Origin: Caecitellus pseudoparvulus
Lineage: Eukaryota > Protista > Bigyra: Bicosoecida
DNA length: 28,081 nt
Assembly: GCA_965644315.1 (NCBI GenBank)
Contig: CBFFRQ010000138.1
Location: 1 to 28,081 of the forward strand
Direction of reading: 5' to 3'
Every line of letters begins with the position of its first letter. Within the stretch, counting starts at the first letter, position 1. A model generated the notes under the pieces. The model was not told the DNA's origin, ran no database searches, and worked only from the letters and a program-made list of their open reading frames with translations. The position numbers were made by a program, and so were the translations under genes. Positions 9,701-18,600 of this stretch are shown here, piece after piece.

Positions 9701-10020
9701 CCGACCGTCACATCCAGAGGCACGCCCGGTACCTCTGGTGGGCGGCGCATGGACGAACGTGTCCTCTCCCAGGTTACTCGGCTCCTGATCCGAGTACTGT
9801 GAGGAAGCATGTGCGGGACGTGAAGACGCGGCGCTTCGAGCGCACTTACTTCCCTGTCAAGTCCCCTCGTCGGCCGCCTCGCTCCTTCACGAGGCAGGCC
9901 ACCTTGCTCGACTTCGGGCTGGCACGGCCGGAAGTCCACGAGGAACCTCCGGCACCGTCGATTTCATCCGCGGCGTCGTCCTCTGGGTCGTCCTTGAAGT
10001 GTCCATCTGACTCTGAGTAG
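6721..10020 (+). CDS. Non-LTR-type reverse transcriptase RT-B with C-terminal CCHC knuckle (first four codons belong to element A; first ATG at 6757)
   Basis: Motifs YRLI, EQAGF, FVDFKSAFDTVSH, GVPQGGALSPLLF, LYADDL, LAINPRKS, YSYLG, then CPLC..HVLLDCP. The N-terminal IQSVMDDSGTLITDP resembles the post-endonuclease linker of APE-type LINE ORF2. Confidence 0.95.
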   Translation: MNFLRCADERKHMLMEDLAATHVERKKAMRKCTRLVAKKHKAAMFQVQQRIRDLARLDPFTAHLHVRKLSGRRRKGTSSSIQSVMDDSGTLITDPSQVRAVVRDQMAQIISPPPRQVVSLKFGLGRLLPSAPTHMSTEAAWTPSVDHILKKIQSLSLHRNPGTGHYQAEHVKYASEDFRKRYAAALQQAISTGSCPSQYHSGVGTLIPKTASQAGRVQTYRLIVCRPPQAKLFFSVVASCVEDWVQHWISHEQAGFTHARNTHEQILALQEVSTAHLRAKPTASVLVLFVDFKSAFDTVSHEAILEILESASLPQPLLSCVKDYMQRATVAIHTGHGLCDPLPVTNGVPQGGALSPLLFKVAIDVLSQRLRELPSQGVSGAGVPTPRGHVTHTLYADDLACLATTPAALHRMFLEVKALGSRVGLAINPRKSGVMVLTGAQQVNGVSATERRKLIWRSRWLRSGQSMKVKGTPIQRTSTYSYLGVPLSETVSRTRLLATRQATLSCTRAGFGCGALLSSAWLSPILKQRIGTASINSAADYILASQVSNSVLPLRDVDRGLAIAFSKAQLGMQSSLARMHNYAKLAVCGVLPTHIRATKLRSNIFMKLLKNVQVPTPMAKALSISLRQALDLLPSPLDMASIFLANVRLDRPGAGGIPDPWALHGLLDLWLLGCLPDRARLEAVCLEPPPDSAPDTHGVDITAGMDPAPPKIQLLGLAAAESSDLSAAPQFPDTTPWATRQRVVASFLHVAQTVKCGAVGYTPTGEMKATRRPKEYHIGVGARFFAWLHPIPSSVNPVFWVHEGDQERRVKVHLWQTLQVFNGDDTPTLFSACPLCHSVSWCSLQEHVLLDCPHHALVPARRSALSEVRNLLSRSNDAVRGVANCQYLEVPPPLLDAVVHADEGRLLGRPCRLLLLRLLLCGQWPHRWGQPPAQQPWSPEAAAVLSNPHVTLRGSSGPLRPPKYWREALVAATGLAVSAWDAVVTCMLSLTSRADRHIQRHARYLWWAAHGRTCPLPGYSAPDPSTVRKHVRDVKTRRFERTYFPVKSPRRPPRSFTRQATLLDFGLARPEVHEEPPAPSISSAASSSGSSLKCPSDSE

Positions 10021-10859
10021 CGGGCGATGTGTGTAGAGCGCGGCGCGAGGCGGTGCAAGCTTACGGCGTGGCGTGGTGACAACCACGGTCGTGGCTGAGC
10101 GAAGTGCGAGAGCAGGGTGATGTGATGTCCTTGATGAATGACGGAACCTGCGGAAAGTTGGAAGATGATGAAGTGAATATGTCCAGTATACTTACATGAT
10201 GGCTCGGGGTCCACGTGCAGCCCGAGATAGATTCCTGTGACGGGGCGCGCGGAATTTGGCAGGGTGAACACGCGGGCGCGCGGGGCAACGTCGCAGGCGG
10301 GGCGCACAGGTCCTCAGGGCCTTGAGTGATGAGTCAGCTGGATTATCTGTGAAGAAAAGGAGGTGTTCTTGGTGTTCTTGGTGCGCGGGTGGCGTTGTTC
10401 CGGCGGTGCGCGCTGCTACCACCGGCGTGGTGCAGTGCAACACCGTCGTGAAACGCCACCCGAAGGCGGCCACTGCGGCTCAGGACAGCGCGCAGTGGCC
10501 CCAGGCACACGTGCAGTGCCTGGCAAGGGCCAGGAGAAGCGGGGGTTTCTGAATTATGAAGCGAAGTGTGGACTGGAACGAAGCAAGAGTGGGCCCGGCC
10601 CCCTCTGGCTCAGCCGACTGAGCCGAGAGGGCGCGGGCGGGGCAGTTCGACACGTATGGGCGGGCGCGGGCGCGCCCTAGCAAGCGGCAGCTCATACAAC
10701 GGACGTATGTCCGTGATGGCTGCAGACCCACGAGAGTGGGAGCCGCTGTAGCGCTCCTGGTGTGCCTTGTGCACAGCAGCGAACGCTACATGTGATGCCC
10801 AAGCTGTATCGCGTGCAAGCGTGAAGGCGACATGCAATGCATTGAATGAACTAACCCTA
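6733..10859 (+). mobile_element. Non-LTR retroelement B, 5'-truncated, joined directly to the 3' end of element A
   Basis: The RT frame runs from the A/B junction. An ~840 nt 3' UTR ends in CAATGCATTGAATGAACTAACCCTA (10835-10859). Confidence 0.8.
10021..10859 (+). ncRNA. Putative structured 3' UTR RNA of element B
   Basis: Hairpins at 10072-10087 (GACA loop), 10468-10500 (10 bp), 10501-10523 (8 bp) and 10601-10631 (13 bp plus a bulge). A multi-stem domain at 10683-10747 includes CCCAC-GAGA-GTGGG. Confidence 0.5.
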
Positions 10860-10973
10860 GGGGTGCACGGGGGGGACAGAAAATCTCTTGACTGGCCGCA
10901 TGTGACGCCCAAGCCGAACCGCGCAAGTTGCAAGCGTGGAGGTGAAGTGCAATGCATTGAACAGCTAACCCAA
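10789..10973 (+). repeat. Diverged direct repeat of the ~70 nt element terminus (10789-10859 and 10899-10973); the second unit is probably the 3' fragment of a third element
   Basis: CATGTGAyGCCCAAGC...TGCAAGCGTGrAGGyGA..TGCAATGCATTGAA..CTAACCC is present twice. Confidence 0.8.
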
Positions 10974-11140
10974 CAGAGTAAATCAATCTCAGTCCCAAAC
11001 TTCGACTCATGATCAGCGAGTCGAAATTCGTCACCACAATTGATTCACTCTGTATATGGCGGTTGAGTCCCGAGATACATTCGCTCCAACCCTTTACGAG
11101 CCTTTGAGCGCGGTCCATCCTGCATCAGCTTGTGGGGCTG

Positions 11141-13090
11141 TCATGAATGTGTCCGGGCAGGGTCACTTTCTGCACTTCCTGTTGTCGTATAGCGTGGCAT
11201 TCGCCTGCGTTGAAGCATTACGAATGCAGCAACAGCAGCAACCAAACCCATAATCAATACAATGCCAGCTACCATCCAAGACTGCCCCCCTGCACTCGGC
11301 CCACTGCTAGAGGCCTGTCCCTGTATGGCTGAAGGATTGAAGGCCTGGGGTGACTGTGAGGCAGCTGCAGTTGAGGAGGGCGATGAGGTCACACTGCTTA
11401 TCGTGGACACTGTGGCGGTTGCACTGCTAGACGCCGTCGAGCTGGGTGTCGGTGTCACAGACAAGGACGGGGTGCCTGTCGGAGAGCTGGACATTGTGGC
11501 TGCTGTAGTCGATGTCACCGAGCTTGTTGCAGTTGGGCTGTAAGTTGCCGTCGCCGAGCTTGACGCAGTGAGACTGTGGCTGGGCGTCAGAGGGCGACAG
11601 CGAAAGGGGCGGTGTAATCGAAGCAGTCGCTGAGGGGGTGCCTGTATGACTGGAAGAGGAACTTGCTGTCGTCGACGCAGATGGGGTGGCCGAGCTTGTG
11701 GGGGACACAGTAGGGGAGACTGTTGCGGAGGGAGTGCTACTTGGCGAGGCAATGGGCGACGGGGATGGAGAGGGGACAAATCGAATGAAGCCTGCAGCTG
11801 CAGGGTGCTCGTCGTCACCGATGTTCTGCGCGTTTCCGAAGCCAAGCTTGCCATGCTGGCCTTCACCCCAGCACATGGCACTTGCTGGAGAGTCCAGCAC
11901 ACACGTATGGCGCTCTCCTGCAGACAGGTGAGTTGCCACAACCCCAGTGCCCATGTTCACAGTACCAACAGGGCTTGGATGGTCGTTGTCTCCAACATTG
12001 GCGGTGTTGCCGTACCCAAGCAACCCATGAGACCCCGAACCCCAGCACATGACCTCTCCGCTCGTGAGAAGCACGCACGTGTGGCTCTGTCCTGCAGCAA
12101 CTCATGCTGCCGCGCGCCCCGCGCCCAAGTTCACTTGACCTGCAGCAGCAGGGTGCTCGTTGTCACCAATGTGGTTGAAGTTGCTGAATCCGAGCCGACC
12201 AGAGTATGCTGTCCCCCAGGCACATGACCCCACCGGACGTTAACACAGCACAGGTGTGGCTGTCTCCAGCGGAAACCTGTGCTGCAGCAAGACCTGCACC
12301 CAGGTAGACAGCGCCTGCAGCAGATGGGTGCTCATTGTCACCAATGCTGTTGGTGTTACCATACCCAAGCCGGCCATCTGATCCGAACCCCCGGCACATA
12401 AGCAGCCCAGTTGTCAACACTGCGCACGTGTGGCTCTTGCCTGCAGGCACTTGGGCAGCGGCTGCACCAGAGCCCAAATCAACGGTTCCCGCCGCAGCTG
12501 GATCCTCATTGTCGCCAACGCTCTCCTTATTGCCGTATCCCAATTGGCCGGCAATGGAGGAGCCCCAGCACATGATACCTCCGTCATCCAGCACAACACA
12601 AGTGTGGCTGCCTCCTGCCAAAACTTGTGCCACAGCAACACAAGCCCCAAGGTTCACACTGCCTGTGATCTCTGGAATCTTGTTGTCCCCGATGGAGTTC
12701 AAGCTCCCGTACCCGAGCTGTGCGCCGAAACCGCCTCCCCAGCATCGAACCTAGCCATCGGTCACTGCGCTGGTATGAAATCCACCTGAAGATAGCGTAG
12801 TGTCTTCAACAGAGGTGCTCGAAATGCGATAAGGAATGCTGACATCATTCAGCTACAGACTGAGTCCGCACAGTGCAACGTTGGCTTCGATACAGCTTGG
12901 TGCTGCAGGGAAGGTTGCGGAGAGCACCGCAACACGTCTCCGGCACCATGCACCGCTGTCCATCCGCCTTGACCAGAAGAAAGTGTGGAAGCAACGGAAG
13001 CTCGTGACTTGGTTCACAGCATGGGAACCTATTGAAGCTTCTGGCGACGATGAGGGACGCTGCGCGAGCCGCAGCTCGACCTTCCACATT
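11141..13090 (-). pseudogene. RCC1-repeat type I membrane protein pseudogene, an inverted paralog of 600-2333 that retains the stalk, TM helix and tail
   Basis: Fragments in ORFs 12163-12702, 11427-12074 and 11141-11941. Lesions: AAG>TAG at ~12752, a +C frameshift at ~12220, CAA>TGA at ~12103 and a frameshift at ~11590. Six repeats. TM helix WMVAGIVLIMGLVAAVAAFVML followed by QRRR. Confidence 0.85.
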
Positions 13091-13643
13091 CGTCAGCTCT
13101 AGGAATCACCGCACCGTTCAGATTACTGAGGCAACCTTCCGCACACCGTGACACAATACGGAGCCTTCAACATACCCACATGAGCTACGTGGCAGCAGCG
13201 GCTGGGGCGATATGCTGCGCGTGCGTCCCAGCAGCAGGCTGATGTAGCACCTCAAGGAAGAGACACGATGCGCCCCACGCCGTGCTTCCTCCTCCATCAT
13301 CATCCCGGGGCCAAAGTGTCCTTCCATTTGGACAACACTTCATAGCTGCCTCTAAAGCTGTCAAGGCCCGGACATCGAAGGGCCCAGCGACATCGCAAAA
13401 GGCGCTGAAGCTGCCGTGCACCCCGATCCAGTTGATGGTTGGCAGGTTGGAATCCCCTCAAGTTCAGACCTCAAAACGTGCCACAGGAGCCTCTGTCAGT
13501 CTCGCGAGTTCTGCAGCTTACTGTTTTCAACTGTTGATCACGTTCACCTGCATCATCCGGCCAACGCCTACAAATACTCTTCACAATGCCTCAGCCGCCC
13601 AGAACTGAACTCTGCAGCCAGGACCGACGACCACATGTAAACA

Positions 13644-15143
13644 TCACCGCCCACAAGCTGCCCTGAGGAGTAGAAAATGGCGCCTCCCACTTCTCGTGCT
13701 TGTTCCGCACCAAGCAGCGTCTTTCACTGCCTGCAGGGCAGTGTCCCCCGCCAACGCTGCAGCTTCCAGCGGGATGGCCCGGCTGCCTGTGAGCCCCATC
13801 AACTCTCGCACCACGTGCGAGTGGCCATTCCTGCACGCCATGCGGAAGCCCACGTCAGGGCCGTCCCAGCTTCCCACATGGACATCCACAGCTCTTTGTC
13901 CAGTGAGGGCCAACAACTCGCGCACCACGTGCACGTGGCCACGCTCGCAAGCACTCCGAAAACCAACCTCTGGCCCAGTCCCATCTGCAACGTGAACATC
14001 AATCGCCCTGTCGCCAACCACGCCAAGTAACTCGCGCAGCACGGCCAAGTGGCCAAGATAGCAAGCCCATCGGAAGCCATACTCGGGCCCAACTCGGTCT
14101 CCCGCGTGGATATCCACCGCATGCTCCGCTGGCAACGCCAACAGCAAACGCACAACGTTTGCGTGGCCATACCGGCAAGCGAGCCGAAAGGCAGACTCAG
14201 GCCCATCAGCATCCCTTGCATGTACATCCACGGCCAGCTCGCCAGAAAGGGCGAGCAAGTCTCGCACGACAGCCTCATGTCCTCCTGCACATGCAGATCG
14301 AAAGCCAGCTTCAGCCCCATCCTCGTCACATGCGTGCACGTCTACCTGCAGATCACCACTGAGAGCCAGCAGCTCTCGAACTACAGCGTCATGGCCGTGC
14401 TGACATGCCCTCCGAAAGCCAGCCTCTGGTCCTTCCCAATCTCCAGCGTGCACGTCCACAACGCGGTGGCCTGTCAGCGCCAGGAGTTCGCGCACCACAC
14501 CAACGTGGCCCCGTGCACACGCGTACCGAAAGGGGGCCTCAGGCCCATCTTCATCTCCCACGTGCACATCAACCTCACGGTCCCCATCAAGCCGCAGCAA
14601 CACACGCACAACATCCAAGTGGCCGTGCAAGCACGCGGCTCGGAAGGCAGCCTCAGGCCCAGCCGAGTCCCCAGCGCGCACGTCCACTGCACGGTCGCTG
14701 CCGAGACGCAGCAGCTCAGAAACAACATCCAGGTGGCCTTCCGAACTGGCCGCTCGAAAGGCAAACTCAGGCCCGTCTTCATCCCCGGCGTGCACATCCA
14801 CCGCTCTTTCCCCGCTCAGCGCAAGCAGCTCCCGCACCGTCTCCACATGCCCATTCCAGCAAGCCAATCGAAAACCCGCCTCAGGGCCAATCTCATCACC
14901 TGCATGGACATCCAGGCCTGCCTCTTCCTCCACGGCCAGCAGCGCTCGCAACAGGCCAACGTGCCCTGCTCCACATGCTCTCAAAAAGCCAGCGGTAATG
15001 TCGTCCCCTGTCAGAGCCCCAAGCACAGACTCTGCACTCGCCTTTGACCCGTGGAGCATGTCCGTCAGTGTGATTACGTCACCACCTGTGCAAGCAGCCC
15101 TCCACTCTCCCACGGCACCGGCATCGTCCGCCTCACTCGCCAT
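13644..15143 (-). CDS. Ankyrin-like repeat protein, about 11 repeats of 38 aa
   Basis: Repeat FRxACxxGHxxVVRELLxLxGxRxVDVHAGDxxGPExx. ATG at 15143 (MASEADD) lies within ORF 13644-15206. Confidence 0.85.
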   Translation of the reverse strand: MASEADDAGAVGEWRAACTGGDVITLTDMLHGSKASAESVLGALTGDDITAGFLRACGAGHVGLLRALLAVEEEAGLDVHAGDEIGPEAGFRLACWNGHVETVRELLALSGERAVDVHAGDEDGPEFAFRAASSEGHLDVVSELLRLGSDRAVDVRAGDSAGPEAAFRAACLHGHLDVVRVLLRLDGDREVDVHVGDEDGPEAPFRYACARGHVGVVRELLALTGHRVVDVHAGDWEGPEAGFRRACQHGHDAVVRELLALSGDLQVDVHACDEDGAEAGFRSACAGGHEAVVRDLLALSGELAVDVHARDADGPESAFRLACRYGHANVVRLLLALPAEHAVDIHAGDRVGPEYGFRWACYLGHLAVLRELLGVVGDRAIDVHVADGTGPEVGFRSACERGHVHVVRELLALTGQRAVDVHVGSWDGPDVGFRMACRNGHSHVVRELMGLTGSRAIPLEAAALAGDTALQAVKDAAWCGTSTRSGRRHFLLLRAACGR

Positions 15144-15652
15144 GGCGTTGCGGCGCAGATTCCGCACATGTGGCCTCGATGCACCTCCGCGCTGTGGAAG
15201 GAACAAGGCTCCAGCAGGCCGACCAGGGTCAAATTCTAAGTTGCACTTTCACACTCCAGTTGTGAACATGAACGGCACGTGGGCTTCCGCGTTTTCCTCA
15301 CGCACCGTAACTGCTCCAAGTGTCAGCCGAGGCAGTGGCGTCTGCTGCCCCTCGTGCCTTTCGCCTCGTGCTGCCTCCACAGCTTCTTCGAGCTGGACCT
15401 TTCACTCTCTTTTCAAATCAAACACCTTCGTGGTCCTCTAGAGATCGTTCCACTTCCTAGTCTTTGCCGAGATCAGTTGCACGTCGCAAGACCATCCGTG
15501 CAAATTTACAACTGCCATCGGCAGTGCTCCATAGAGCAAAAATTAATCACAGCTTGTCGACCTCACGTGAATGTAAATGTGCCTGCCACCAAGCCAGGCA
15601 AACTAGTGTGTGCATTTTGCAGCCCATGTCACCCTCTCTTTCCATTCTTTCC

Positions 15653-18600
15653 TCAAGAGCGAGCAATGGCAGGGCCGACGACCAAGGGCGACTTGGTGCG
15701 AGTGGCTGGGGTCTCCACACTCGAGTCCTCTGCTTCCTGGCGCAGGCCAGCTTCCCGCACCATGGCCACATCACGCGAGAGAGCGATTGCCTTGTCCACA
15801 GAAATGCAGCTGCCGAGCGCAATGCAGGCCGCTGCGCTCCTGCGTGGCCCAAACATGCAGCACCAGAGGCCTGGGTGTGGGACGTGCTTCAAGTGTGAAT
15901 GCGTCGGCGATTGCTGCAGGTACAGCTTCAGCCAGTCAAAGACTGCAGCGTGCCGCGTACGCAGGGTGGCGACGCCTGCGCCGAGCAGGAGGAGGAAGGT
16001 CATGACCAAGAACAGTGTGTTGGCGAGGAAGATGGCGCCCTGCAGCAGGAACTCCGTCTTCTCCCCGACCAGTAGTTCGTCGCCCAGCGCCAGGCCTCCG
16101 AAGGCAGACACACAAATGGCGGTCAGTGCTGCGGTTTCCACAGCATTCATCAGCGTGGCCTCGTACGGCAAGGATGCAACATGGACGACAAGGGAAGCTG
16201 ACAGCACGAGGCAGATCAGCGCTGCTTGCAGCTCGGCATTGCGCACGGTGACAGCGACTGCAGCAAGGAGCACTTTCCGTGGCAGCACAACCAGCAACTC
16301 CCAGTACCAGAAGTTGGGCTCCTCTTCTTCTTTGCGGGGAGAGTCGTCAGAGTGCGCACGAGGGATTCTGAACCCTTCATACACCGCGCCGTACACTGCC
16401 TTCACGCTGTGCTTGTAGACATGGTGCCTTTGGCGGCAGACCAGGCAGGCGCTGCCGACCGGGATGCGGACGCCCCACACCAGCAAGCCAAGGTATGCCG
16501 CCAGCTGGGCGGTTTGGAACATGGAGTCCATGCTTCCGTGTGCGACATCTGAACGGAGGAACAGGAAGCCCGGGATGCGGAAGTCGTACGTGTCCAGCAT
16601 GCGCAGACATGCCTCGACTACAGGGAAGTGCACCAGCAAGAGCAGGATGAAGGCTGCGCGATAAGCTTGCTCAGCATACCTGGCGCGCCGCTTGAAGAGG
16701 TTCACAGTCTTTGCCAGCACAGCTTTCTCCTCAGAGCGCATGCTTGCAGGGTGTGCCGGCGGTGCGCCAGGCATCACAGCTGCTTCAACCTGCGCTGCCG
16801 CCTGGCTGCGGCTTGATCGCGGCTTGCGCATATCAATGACGACTGAGCCTTCCGACTCTTCATCAGCCTCGGCCAGGTCGTCCAAGTCAGCCCACGCAGA
16901 TGTCCGTCTCGCTGCTGGAGATGGGTCTGTCGGGCCTGTGTCGTCTTGGAATGAGGTGGATCTTGGAACCAGCGCGGAAGGTCTGGAAGTTGGAGACACC
17001 AGCGTCTTTGGCGCGGGGAAGGCAAAAGTATCATCAACCAGAGCACCCTCTTTCTTGGGAGGAGTGGAAGCGGCAAGGGGCTGCGGAGCCACTGCCCCAG
17101 ACTCGGCAACGCCTTCCCCGCCAACTGAGCCCCCACCCTTCTCCTCAGCATGCCTCTCAGCAGCAGCCTGCAGTACTGCGTGGCTTTGCCGCTGCAAGAT
17201 GCTGGTCACACCCGCTATGATCAACGGAATGCTCACTGCAGCAATGGGTATGCTCAAGGTGATGAAGAAGCGAGTGTACATGTCTGTGCGCAAGGCGCAC
17301 TGGGCAGGCACCGAGTTGGTGCTGACGCCGACCGACACTGAGGAGAGCCACGCCATGATGCCATCTAACGCGCTTTCAGGAGGCAAGCGGGTACTCAGCA
17401 GCACTGCGTACATCTGGGCCCAACCGGTCATGACACGGAACACCCCAATGAGCAGTCCCCTGCTCTGACCCTCCTTGCTTTCCCGATCACTCGTGCGCAG
17501 GGCCAGGTACACTAGGAGCCCCGTGAACAAAACCCAGGAGCCGATGCTCTGCAGAAAGCCAAAACTGTCATCGGGGCACTTCACTCAAAGCAACTGTGGG
17601 CTGGACCTTGCCCAGCCTTCAGCACACTCGCCACAAAGAATGCCCCTGTGCCCAGGCACACAGGAGATGCCACTCGAGTTCGCTACAGGCCTGCACGCGT
17701 CTGGAGGCGTGCACTGAAGGATGCTGGCACCAGCGTAAAGAACCGCTTTCCCTGCGACTGCGGCCTGCAACTCAGCTGTCTCATTCACAAGTGCTTGCAG
17801 ACGCCGTCTCGCGGGCGAATCAGCGCTGGTTGTGTCACCCTGTAACTCGGCACTGGCCACATCTTTCAGCTTGCTCCAGTACGTTTCCTGCAGCTTTGGG
17901 TGTGATGGCACCATGGACGCATCGGTCACGCAGGTATCACACCAGAAACCCGGGCGAGGCCTGAACTGCCCAGCAACGCAGCTGATGCCGTTCAAGGGGC
18001 ACTGCAAGCACTTGGTCTGGGCCAGGTTGGCAAAAGTGCCGCCAGGGCACTGCGTGCATGCGGCCTCTTGGTTTTCAACATTGGCACGGATTGTTCCAGG
18101 AGGGCAGCGTTCACAGCGAAGCCCAAAAGTGTCATTGGTGCTCTGGCGGCGCTGCCAGCCAGTAGCACAAATGCAGTCCATCTGCGAGTCAGCCAGCACG
18201 TCGCTGTCGGTGCGGCACGTTGGGCTCACAACCACAGCAGGCACAGCCACTGCACCTCGTGACAGGTAAGGATACATGGCTTCCCAGAGATAGAGGATGT
18301 GAACAGTGTAGTTTGTGGCTGAGATGGTTGGACTTGCAACACGGCACGCCCTTCGTCCAGGGCGGCGAGCCCGACAGTCAGGTCGGCTTCGCCAGTCACT
18401 AACTGTCGCACTTGCGGTAACTCAACGAGGGACTCCACTTCGCGACTTGCGGCATCTCGGGCATCAAGCAAGAGACCCACTTGCTGCCGCCCAGACACAA
18501 TGATTGTGCTTCCAGGGGCTGAGGCATCCACCATGGACATGTTGCGTTGCCCGCTCAAAGCAGATTGAATGGCGACCACTTCGCGGTCAGCGCGTTTGGG

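Noticed and set aside
3449-10020. RTs as TERT, Penelope-like, group II intron, retron or DGR RTs
   Set aside because: The motif set (QAGF, DFxxAFD, GVxQG..LSPLLF, YADD, NxxKS, YxYLG, CCHC) is non-LTR type. I see no TERT T-motif, GIY-YIG domain, intron domain V or TR/VR pair.
3403-10859. A single bicistronic two-RT element with a TTG start at 6721
   Set aside because: The relic copy shows that A's homology stops at 6732, at the same terminal motif that ends B, so two stacked elements is the simpler reading. A composite element is not fully excluded.
10789-10973. CRISPR-like repeat-spacer unit
   Set aside because: There are only two diverged ~70-nt units, the context is eukaryotic and there are no cas genes. 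They are better explained as element termini.
14049-17468. Long + strand ORFs (14049-15047, 15279-16418, 16692-17468), and similarly 5940-6902 (-) and 22297-23046 (+)
   Set aside because: These are antisense shadows of GC-rich coding or degraded sequence with no recognisable motifs.
17585-17587. UGA recoded as Cys or Sec (in-frame TGA at an expected Cys in LL*VKCP)
   Set aside because: The ankyrin gene ends in TGA (13644-13646) close to where its paralog ends in TAA, and the disrupted gene also has frameshifts. A nonsense mutation is simpler.
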